Shown piece by piece: positions 53,797 to 64,000 of a stretch of 64,000 nucleotides of DNA. The notes below the pieces were generated by a model. The model made no database searches. It was not told where the DNA came from and saw only the letters and a program-made list of their open reading frames with translations. Source of the DNA: Octopus sinensis (Eukaryota). The translations under genes were made by a program, and so were the position numbers. The stretch covers positions 67,952,001-68,016,000 of the forward strand of contig NC_042997.1 in the NCBI RefSeq assembly GCF_006345805.1, in the 5' to 3' direction. Each line of letters starts with the position of its first letter. Position 1 is the stretch's first letter.

Positions 53797-54189
53797 TTAA
53801 AAATTATATTAAAACCATGTAAGTGTGCGTATTTTTTAAAAAATTTCTTATATATATATATATATATATATTGAAAAATATAAAACACGTCTTAATATGC
53901 ACGCATAACCAACTTTTATATTTTTACATGTTACATCACTGTACATAAATCCCCTACTAAACAAGGTCTTTTTTTAAAACCTGTCTCTTTTCTGTACACA
54001 TATTTATTCCCCACCCATTACCAAAACCTGAACAGCTATCTGCCTTACACACAACAATAACAATAGTAACAACCAATTACCTCCCTTTATCTGTCTACTT
54101 GTGAAGTCATTCACTCGTGAATTTCATCACAACCAACATGCACCAAATTTCTTCTTAAGAAAAAATATATATTCATATAAATTCAACAC

Positions 54190-54220
54190 ATCATGAATAG
54201 CGATAGCGAAACCGGTCGAT
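54190..54220 (+). ncRNA. Second copy of the A3-U8 hammerhead variant (stem I shortened)
   Basis: ATC-ATGAATA-GCGATAGC-GAAA-CCGG-TC-GAT. Confidence 0.55.
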
Positions 54221-54292
54221 ATATTAAAAATTATATTAAAACCATGTAAGTGTGCGTATTTTTCTTTTTTAATTTCTTATATATATATGTAT

Positions 54293-54601
54293 ATCACCGT
54301 GATCACCGTGATCGACCAGGCTATCAGATGTTGCTACACATCGCTGGTCACAATGCGCTTCGCATTGATTTAGCCTTCCAACGACGCCACCCCGCTGGTT
54401 AAGCGAGCGTGCCAACAGAAGGAAGAGTGAGAGAAAGTTGTAGCGAAAGAGTGCAGCAGGGATCGCCACCATCCCCTGCCGGAGCTTCGGGGAGCTTTAG
54501 GTGTTTTCGCTCAATAAACACTCACAACGCCTGGTCTGGAAATCGAAACCGCGATCCTACGACCGCGAGTCCGCTGCCCTAACCACTGGGCCGTTGCGCC
54601 T

Positions 54602-54603
<2 letters not shown>
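54293..54603 (-). mobile_element. tRNA(Arg)-like-headed SINE (family C)
   Basis: Head GGAGGCGCAACGGCCCAGTGGTTAGGGCAGCGGACTCGCGGTC..GGTTTCGATTTCC with TCG at the anticodon position; 3' tail of repeated CACGGTGAT. Confidence 0.8.
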
Positions 54604-54664
<61 letters not shown>

Positions 54665-54910
54665 TATATATATAATATTAATTTAATTTTTTATTTTTTA
54701 TTTTTTATTTTTTATTTTTTATTTTTTACTTTTTATTTTTTACTTTTTATTAAAATTTTATGTATTGATTAAGTCTTTCCTTGTTTGTTTTGCAAAATAG
54801 TGGTTTTGTCTCTAATTAATATTATATAATATTTTACTATAAAATTGGATTTAATCCTAAATCTGATTTTTTTCCCTGTAAATTTGGATTTATTCCCTAA
54901 TATTTATTAT

Positions 54911-54955
<45 letters not shown>

Positions 54956-55059
54956 ACATACGATATACTTACATACACGAACGTATACATACATATATAT
55001 ACACGTATGTACACGACCAGTTTAAATTGCTCGCCTTAAAACAGCTCATTGATATTCGC

Positions 55060-55575
55060 GTGGAGGGACCTAGTCGATGGTCAAATGGTACTTATTTCAT
55101 TGACCCCGAACAGAAGAATGGTAAAATCCATCTCGGTGTGTTAACGATTCGGCCAGATCATCGTCTTTCGTATGGGTGAATAATGGTTTCCAATTTTTTC
55201 ATGATGCCAGCAATTTTCGAGGTGGAGTAAGTCAATCCTGGTGCTCAAGTGGTAATTATTTTTTCGACCCTAAAAGGATAAAACACAAAGTCGACTTCGG
55301 CGGAATTTGAGCTCAGAACGTGATGACGAACGAAATGCTCCTATGCATTTCGTCCGGCGGGCTAACGATTCTGACAGCTCGCCGCCTCTTACAGTTAAAT
55401 AATTCCTTTCTATTAAAGGCATAAGGACTGAAATTTTGGGGAAGGGGACTAGTCGATTATATTGACCCCACCGCTTGAATCGCACTTGATTTATAGACCC
55501 AAGAAAGGATAAAGGGCAAAGCGGAATTTGAACTCAGAACGTAAATGCTATCGATTCTACTCACTCACCGCCTTG
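55060..55575 (-). mobile_element. Cluster of 2-3 diverged SINE family B copies
   Basis: Repeated GACCCC.AAAGGAT.AAA..CAAAG..CGGAATTTGA.CTCAGAACG blocks. Confidence 0.8.
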
Positions 55576-55953
55576 TGCAGTTAAGTGATGCAAAGTCAAA
55601 TATAACACAAAAGTTGAAGATAAAATGTATTACGTCTACAATGGTAAAAATGCTTGGAAGAGTGAAAATTAGTAAAACAGAAAGTTGAACGTAAAGATTT
55701 TGAAATATAGCGATAAACAATTCATTACTTGACAAAAGGGAATTGTAAAGAAAAAGCCTAAGCAAATATGACGTCAATGTGACAATCGAAAAAGTAAAAT
55801 ACATAGATAATATGATGACTATATTAAGCAGACGCAAACATAGTTACGCGCGTGCATGCACATACACACGTCGGTGCAAGCAGGCGCACATACATATAAT
55901 GCATATATATGTATTTATGAATCTCTCTCTCTCCTTCTCTGTATATATACATA

Positions 55954-56311
55954 CAGGGTGATTCAAAAGTCTCCATACATAGGAAAAATTTATTTTTCTA
56001 TAAGTAACTTTTATAAGATCCTCTAGATCCCTCTTGGTTTCTATCTTTGGGGGCATTTGAAAGGCATGGTGTATCACGGAAAGATAAAAGGCATAAATCA
56101 TTTGAAGGAACGCTTCACCAACTCATTTGCAGACGCATCATCAGATGTGCTATTACGAGTTCACAATGTGTGGGGTAAGTGTATTGCAACGTATATTCAA
56201 AACAATGGTAACCATATAGAGCCTGATAAATAAAAAAAAAAGTATTCTTATAAACAGTTTCTTATAAAAAGATAAATTATTCCTATGTATGGCGACTTTT
56301 GAATCACCCTG
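55954..56311 (+). mobile_element. MITE-like deletion derivative of a rosa-like Tc1/mariner element
   Basis: ~50-bp TIRs CAGGGTGATTCAAAAGTC.CCATACATAGGAA with TA on both sides. The interior encodes the transposase C-terminus FYLWGHLKGMVY..NNGNHIE. Confidence 0.92.
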
Positions 56312-56320
56312 TATATATAT

Positions 56321-56905
56321 ATTAAAAGAGGTTACTAAAATGACAAATAGTATTGACTAGCACCACTTTTGCTAAAAATAAGAGTTAAAATAATTTAAAG
56401 CCACAAAAGCACTGAACTTAATGACTGATAAAGGGAGGTAAGTCCATTGCGCACATAGCCGGATCGCGATTTCAGATTTTGATGTAGACCATCTTAATCT
56501 TCATCAGCGGCAATTAACGCCAAGAGTCACCTACCTCTATCAGTCTTATAAGAAAAACCATATTAAAAAGGGTGGCTTATCAGTAATTAGAACCTAAAGG
56601 CAAAATTAATAGAGGTCACAAAAGTGACAGGGTTTTGACTAGCACCACTTTTGCTAAAAATAAGAGTTAAAATAACTCAAAGCTACAAAAGCACTGAACT
56701 GAACGACTGATAAAGGGAGGTAAGTCCCCAGCGTATATAGCCGGATCGCGATTTCGGATTTTGATAGTGCTTTTGTGGCTTTGAGTTTTTTTAACTCATT
56801 TTTTTTTTAGCAAAAGCGGTGCTAGTCAGTACCATCTATCACTTTTGTGACCTCTATTAATTTTACATTAGGGTTCTAATTGCTAATAAGCCACCCTTTT
56901 TAAGT
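56321..56905 (-). mobile_element. Retrozyme-like element: 282-nt tandem unit plus inverted partial copy
   Basis: GCCGGATCGCGATTTC occurs at 56458 and 56740. The segment 56766-56902 is the reverse complement of ~56565-56695. Confidence 0.85.
56458..56511 (-). ncRNA. Intact minimal type I hammerhead ribozyme
   Basis: Minus strand: GCCG-CTGATGA-AGATT(aaGATGgtctaCATCaa)AATCT-GAAA-TCGCGA-TC-CGGC; perfect core, palindromic ATCGCGAT stem III, AUC site. Confidence 0.85.
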
Positions 56906-56929
56906 TGTTATATATATATATATTTATAA

Positions 56930-56994
<65 letters not shown>

Positions 56995-57077
56995 ATATAT
57001 ATTGTCATTAATCCAAAGAAGTGGAATTACTGAAGGAATGAAGAAATTCAACTGAAAATGTACAAAGAATATATTAT

Positions 57078-57473
57078 TTTCTACTCTAGGCACAAGGCCC
57101 GAAATTATTGGGGAGGGGTCCAGTTAATTAGATCGACCCCAGGACGCAACTGGTACTTAATTCATTGACCCCGAAAGGATGAAAGGCAAAGTCGACCACG
57201 GCGTAATTTGAACACAGAACGTAAAGACAAAAAAAAATACCTATTTCTTTACTACCCACAAGGGGCTAAACACAGAGAGGACAAACAATGACAGACAAAC
57301 GGATTAAGTCGATTATATCGACCCCAGTGCGTAACTGGTACTTATTTAATCGACCCCGAATGGATGAAAGACAAAGTCGACCTCGGCGGAATTTGAACTC
57401 AGAACGTAACGGCAGACGAAATACGGTTCCGCATTTCGCCCGGCGTGCTAACGTTTCTGCCAGCTCGCCGCCT
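57078..57473 (-). mobile_element. Two adjacent SINE family B copies (one full-length at 57241-57473, one partial)
   Basis: Near-identical to 53187-53414. Confidence 0.88.
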
Positions 57474-58469
57474 TGTACAAAAAATATATAATTAATTAGG
57501 TATCACTGGCTTTGTTTATAAGACGGTGATTCTAGGAGTTCTGGTTTGCTGCGTTACCGTTTATATTTCTCTGTTGAATATAATGATATTCATATCATAC
57601 AATATCATAAATCCGCTTCAAGCGATTTTACCAATCAAGAACTTGAGGGGAAAACGCAATTCTATCACTGGTCAGAAGGGTTGGCATGAAGAGTATGCCG
57701 AAGGCAGTATGTTATTGGAAGTCAGAAACTATCGCATCTCAGAGTTAGGTCTCTCCTAAGCCCATGCAGTATGTGACCGTTCGACACTTTTATATTGACA
57801 ACGTTTCGAACGTATGTGTTAGGTATTTCATAAGATATTATTTCATAGATCTACTTATTAATTGGTGGCAAGACCACAGCATTTCGTTTTGTAGCCATAA
57901 TATTCTACCAAGTTTATTACAGATTTACAAATCAATATTGTGTCTTAATTTTTGTTAGCAGTGCGATGTTTTCACTTTTAAGTTTGTTGATTTTATACAT
58001 GTACGTACCAGTTGCTAGGAATGTGTTTAATATGCAAATTGGTCTATCCAACAGTGTTAGACCACTGAACTCGATGGATGGTGATGATGAAAGAATAATA
58101 ACTTTTGAAATATGCATTATCTACTTTTCTATCTTCGATCGGGTCGTTTGCATAGAAGCATTTGTTTACGAAAAGCAATAATTTCCAGTGTTGGCTTTGA
58201 ATCCTATAGAAAATCTATTGACATAAACTCAGAAAAACATAGATTTACTAAACAAGAAGTTCTCCTTAACTGCCCTTTGATCTCTATAGACTCGAAGCGA
58301 TGGCAATATCGAAAGGGGCGAATGGCTGCACACTCGATAGCTTAGGAAAAGTCTAACTCATAACCTGAAAGATGTAGCACTTGCTGGTGAATAGTGGCAG
58401 AGAGACAGTGCCGTATATATCCCATTAGATCTTCTGATGAGTGTCGGTATTTGTTTTTTTTTCTATCTA

Positions 58470-58556
<87 letters not shown>

Positions 58557-58565
58557 TATATATAC

Positions 58566-58728
58566 AGGCGCAGGAGTGGCTGTGTGGGAAGTAGCTTGCT
58601 TACCAGCCACATGGTTCTGGGTTCAGTCCCACTGCGTGACACCTTGCGCAAGTGCCTTCTACTATAGCATCAGGCCGACCAAAGCCATGTGAGTGGATTT
58701 CGTAGACGGAAACTGAAAGAAGCACGTC

Positions 58729-58730
<2 letters not shown>
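58566..58730 (+). mobile_element. SINE family A, 5' half
   Basis: Near-identical to the reverse complement of 22823-22987. Confidence 0.88.
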
Positions 58731-58780
<50 letters not shown>

Positions 58781-59304
58781 GTGTGTGTGGTGGAATGCAT
58801 ACACGCGCACGTAAGCATACAAACAGACACAAACTTACAAATTTGTTGAAGTAATGTAAAAAAAATGCTGTTATAAAACCTTAAATATTCGCACCTGTTA
58901 CATATAGTATAAGAAATAATGATTAATAAAACCGCGACATTTACAGGTAGGAAGCTAAATATTATTACGACATCTGTCGGATATTTTGCTTTTCCACAAC
59001 GAAAACTCATTCTTACGCATACACATAATCACATAGAAATTGACAGCTTTTCTCCGTCTCACTCTCACAGCTATTTCTATCAATATATGCGCGCGTGGTG
59101 TTGTATGAATATGTCCATACACACACACAGACACGCGCGAGCGCACACGTATATGTATGTGCGTGTGTATGTGTGTGTGCGTGTGTGTATGTTTGCCTTT
59201 GTGCATGTATGCTGTGTGGTAAGAAATTTTCTTTCTAACGACATGGTTTCGAGTGACACCTTGTAAGTGGATTTGATAGACAGACACTGAAAGAAGCCAG
59301 TCGT

Positions 59305-59359
<55 letters not shown>

Positions 59360-59363
59360 TATA

Positions 59364-59411
<48 letters not shown>

Positions 59412-59691
59412 TTATATATATATATGAAAGAAGTGTTGAAAATGCAATTTTAAAAGATGTTTATTACTTGACCGGTTCACTTTTTTAGAAAAAGATGTCA
59501 AAAGTAACATGTAAAAGCTTGGTTGTTTTAGGTACTGTTGGTACATGTCACAAAAATTACAATATATATATACATTCTTTAAATCTAAAGTTCACCTTGT
59601 TTTATGTATCATATCGATAGATATCTGTATTTTTATATTTAAATATTTAGAATTTTTATATCAGGTTTATATCAGTTTTAGAAATGTAGAA

Positions 59692-59772
<81 letters not shown>

Positions 59773-60046
59773 TATATACTTGATTTTGTCTGTGTTATTA
59801 CTGATGTTCCTCTAGTTTCCGCTTGCATTGCCTCCATTCAGATTATTAAGCGGTATATATATACCAGAGTAAGCACATAAATGTGAGACAAGGTGGAGAA
59901 AATTGTACTCGAATACCAGAGGTAGAGTAATATGCTTTATTCATAAAGCTGCAGAGACATTACAAAGACTGTCACTCAGAGTCTCATGTTTCCCTTCGTC
60001 GGATCGTGAAACTCTGCGTAACAGCTTTTGTGATGTCTTTGAAACC

Positions 60047-60121
60047 TTCTTCTTCTTCTTCTTCTTCTTCTTCTTCTTCTTCTTCTTCTTCTTCTTCTTC
60101 TTCTCTTCTTCCCTTCTTCTT

Positions 60122-60192
<71 letters not shown>
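60047..60192. repeat. (TTC)n followed by (ATT)n microsatellites
   Basis: Seen directly. Confidence 0.95.
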
Positions 60193-60193
60193 A

Positions 60194-60228
<35 letters not shown>

Positions 60229-60464
60229 ATATATATACCCTCTAGTGTTTATGGGTATATATACATATTCACATTCGTACACATGAATAGGTAAATATAC
60301 GTACCACTTTTACTTGTACATACATATATTGAAGCGCGTGTGCATTTACACACATATACATATCTCTATTTATCTCCTTTCTTGCGCGCAGGCTCTCACA
60401 CGATCACTCCCATATATGTAAATGTACATACACACATACACATCCATTTGCATACACATACGCT

Positions 60465-61203
60465 AAGTTTTAACGCTCTAGCTCACTTCTGCTGTTTACA
60501 CCAGTGCTTTTAAGTAACATGTGATCGCTGCATTGACCATGACAGAGAAAGGTGTCATGGCTATACCTGCTCAGAGGCCTATGCAAAGTTGCAGAAAGTG
60601 TACGGAGAGGAGTGTATGAGCCGCACACAAGTGTACGAATGGTTCAGACGTTTTCAAGATGGCCGAAACATGTCGATGGTAACAAACGTTCTGGGAGACC
60701 TGCAACAAGAAGAACTGAGGAAAACATCGCAGATGTGCGTATATCTGTGGAAGAAATCGTTGAATCACCATTCACGAGATGTCAGAGGATGCGCAGATTA
60801 GTTACAGATTTGAGTATGAGATGCGTGTCTGCCAAATTTGTGCCAAAACTGCTTTCAGCTAACCAAAAAAGACACTCGGGTTTCAGTTGTACAAAATCTC
60901 CTTGATAGTGTCAAGAATGATGAAAACTTGAAAAATTTTCATAGGCCTCGGAATCGCTAGCTTTTGGCAAATTTTGATGCAGAATTCTTTGCTCAGCTTT
61001 CTCTGTCATGGTCAATGCAACGAATAAACGATACGCACGTTACTTCCAAGCACTGCTGTAAAGAGCGGAACCGAGCTAAACTTTAAAACTTAGTGCGCAT
61101 GCAACGTAGAGTTCACGGTCAATCTGTGCCAAACGGCTTTACTCTGCGTGCCTTAGCGTCGTTACTATGGCAACAGGCCGGATACCTATTGTTCAGACCA
61201 CGT
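60465..61203. mobile_element. Mariner fold-back remnant made of two convergent 5' ends
   Basis: + strand: MSRTQVYEWFRRF, RSGRP, SAKFVPKLLS. CATTGACCATGACAGAGAAAG at ~60531 is inverted at ~60997-61018; the minus copy extends to a TIR-like end at ~61203. Confidence 0.8.
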
Positions 61204-61394
61204 ATATACATAGAGAGAGAGAGAGAAATGAGAGAGAAAGAGAAAGAGAGAGAGAGGGGAGATATTCGGATATGAGCAACCAGGCAAACATACTTATATA
61301 GAGAGAGGGAGAGAAAAAAGGAAAAGAAAAGAAAAAGAGAAAGGATGCGTCACTTCGGACGAACACTTAGACAGGATTATTATTTTACAGTGTC

Positions 61395-61655
61395 TAATCT
61401 TGCGAATACATGTTTGGTGCGGAGAGGACATCACGGATTTTTTTTAGAATGCTTGTTTACTAAATTTTCCTTAGCAGAATGCATAAGGCTTCCTCGAGGC
61501 AGAGGTCACATGTGCTGGAGAGAGTATTTTCATGGGTGTAAATTTTTTTAATTATTGACCATTCTATTAGGTATTTGATTTTTGCATCTTTCAGTCTCCA
61601 TATTAAGTCCGCTGATGAAGTTGCGTGTCGTCTGTTTGCCTTTCGAAATGATGAG
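61395..61655 (-). mobile_element. Penelope-like GIY-YIG C-terminal fragment
   Basis: [43 protein letters not shown] matches the PLE endonuclease C-terminus. Confidence 0.75.
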
Positions 61656-61720
61656 ATATGGTTGCGTGTGTATATGCATACATTTGTATGTATACGTGTA
61701 TGCATATAGGTGTATATTTT

Positions 61721-61778
<58 letters not shown>

Positions 61779-61783
<5 letters not shown>

Positions 61784-62022
61784 CTATTTTAAGGAATGGC
61801 CCTGATAGGCTATTCGACCACTAAAAAGAGCAGCCAAACTCAAACCGCTAAATAGTTGTAATTCTGAAATCAAAGGAGAAATAAAAACATTTACCCTTAT
61901 AAAGGGTAATGCTTTTATTTCTCCTTTGATTTCAGAATTACAATTATTTAGCGGTTTGAGTTTGGCTGCTCTTTTTAGTGGGTCGAATAGCCTATCAGGG
62001 CCATTCCATAATGTTGTTGAAT
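61779..62022. repeat. Near-perfect spacerless palindrome, ~120-bp arms
   Basis: GGAATGGCCCTGATAGGCTATTCGACC..AAAGGAGAAATAAAA..TTACCCTT is mirrored about ~61900. Confidence 0.95.
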
Positions 62023-62225
62023 TTATATATATATAGTCTGTGACTATTTCTTTCTCACTAAACCGCTGGTGGCGAATAATTTTTCTGAATTTTTTGCTGC
62101 CCTTATATTGATATATATATATATATATTATATATATTATATATATATATATATAATATATTTACATATATAGGAGTGATCGTGTGAGAGTCTGCACGCA
62201 ATATTGGAGATAAACAGAGTATGTA

Positions 62226-62257
<32 letters not shown>

Positions 62258-62967
62258 TGAGTAGAAGTGTAGTTATGCACATGCGCTTCGCTATATGCAT
62301 GTACAAGTAAAAGCGGTAGGTCTATTTACCTATGTGTACAAATGTGTGTATATAAGCATGTGTACGGGAATCTATGCACATATATATGTGAGTGCGTGTA
62401 CGTGTTTGTATGGGCATATATATATATAGGTTTGTGTGTGAGAATGTATGTGTGTGTATATCTGACCAATGAATACCAAAGGTTAGAGAAGGAAATCCAC
62501 ATGTGCAGCCAACAATGAAGAACAAGCCTGAAATACAAACAAACAGAAAACAATACTACTGAAAGGCTAGCCTGTGCCATACTCTACCTTCCGTAGTTGT
62601 CGGACAAACGCGCTCTCACAGCTCACACCATGAGGATTACAGCCACAACCAATTTCAAACTACTACATGCAGAGAGAACAGCCTTGAAGTCGAATATTTT
62701 AAACTAACGGAGACAGCACTTATATATCGCTCGAGAAAATACAACTAGATCTCATTATCAAACAAACAGTAATCAGATACCTGTATTCTTGGAGAACTAC
62801 TTTGTGTCGAAACAATTGTAGAGAATGATAGACAAATGTCCAAACGTACTCCCTCTTCTTAGCTCCAATTTCTTCAATTGTATCTTTCCTCCGAGCGTCT
62901 GCTAATAATTTACATGTACCACGTCCTCGCGTTGTTTTTTTTTGTGTTTGTTCTTCTTTTTTTGATT

Positions 62968-63009
<42 letters not shown>

Positions 63010-64000
63010 ATCTTTCTCTCTCTCACTCTACCTCTTTCTATCTATTTATCTATCTATTTTATCTATGACAACAAACGAATGGCTTATACGGTATCGCTAC
63101 ACTCGTTTTATTAAGAGATGCTATTGCATTGTAACATCGTACACGCAAATAAAATAGAGTTGAACATCTGTGAGATACTGAAATGCACAACAGAAAACTT
63201 CTTAAATCATTAGGCTGGAACGTGTTGTGAGAAGAAATATCGAGGAACCGCTTGACGACATACTCTTTCGGGATGTGCTGTGCAAATCAAGAAAACCAGA
63301 GACCAAAAACAGGAGAGGAGGCTAGAATGTAACCGGCCAATCGGAAATCTATGTGGTTTAATTAGGTTGTCAGAGATAGTAGACGTTAGAAAAGCGAGAG
63401 GGCAATCGCATAAGCAATTGTTGACTAAACATTATTCATCAGAATAAAAAAAAAATAAATAAAGGAGTCAGAGAATAGAGAAAAGATAAATGACATTTCC
63501 TATCTCAAACTTTCAATGATTGTGGTGACATTCCGCAGAGTAAGTGTGTTTTAACTATTTTCAATAACGTCGAATAGAAATTTTATTTGTTCAGTTCTTT
63601 GAAGCATGCCGCGGTCGTTATCTACAAATAAACAAGCTATTTAGTTTAATTAGCTTATTTATTAGCTTAATTTGAAGGATGTCGAGTGGGCGGCAATTAG
63701 GCCTACAGTATTTGTCTTACATAATTATTTTAAATAACAATAATAGTTATGGATGCAACCAGCATAATAGAACTGCATTGCCAAGGATAATACGCAAGTG
63801 TTAATTAAAAGATCTTGTTAATTATTATATAAAGTTTTTCAGTGGAGATATCTAAAAACACCATAGAAATTTAGCTGAGAGAATATAAAGGAAAGAAGAA
63901 AGAAAGAAATGAAATGAAAGGATAAATCTTAGAGATACTTATGGTGACAATGGCACAAGCAATTTGATGAGTAAGATTGGTCCGGGAAAAATCAAATAAA

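Larger units (their letters stand above)
53441..54270 (+). repeat. Tandem dimer of a ~428-nt non-coding unit, each copy with a hammerhead motif
   Basis: Unit starts ATTGAAAAATA at 53441 and 53870; the copies are highly similar. HHR motifs at 53760-53796 and 54190-54220. Confidence 0.92.

Noticed and set aside
57500-58440. Higher-complexity stretch that might be exonic or a decayed transposon
   Set aside because: Stops interrupt the frames examined and no motif could be confidently identified.
62820-62853. GAG-AATGATA-GACAAATGTC-CAAA-CGTA-CTC hammerhead-like stems after a possible Penelope remnant
   Set aside because: Both conserved boxes are mutated; too degenerate to call.

Overview
AT-rich, microsatellite-dense eukaryotic DNA, most likely an octopus (coleoid cephalopod) intergenic or intronic region. 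The taxon is inferred from the tRNA-derived SINE families and the repeat landscape, not from a database search. No host protein-coding gene could be supported; most short ORFs in the track are microsatellite translations. The window is a mosaic of decayed transposons. DNA elements include Tigger/pogo, several mariners (one near-intact DD34D copy), maT DD37D, rosa-like DD41D elements and Helitrons. Retroelements include Penelope-like RT/GIY-YIG remnants, CR1-group, RTE, R4/Dong-like, HERO and Tx1/L1 LINE fragments, and several SINE families. The most notable signal is a set of short non-coding elements of unrelated sequence (monomers about 280-430 nt where measurable, often in tandem and/or with an inverted partial copy). 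Each carries a minimal type I hammerhead-ribozyme motif with a palindromic stem III, i.e. they look like retrozyme-type, Penelope-dependent elements. One tandem dimer carries a compensatory A3-U8 core variant in both copies. Element boundaries were read by eye and are approximate unless TIRs or TSDs are stated.
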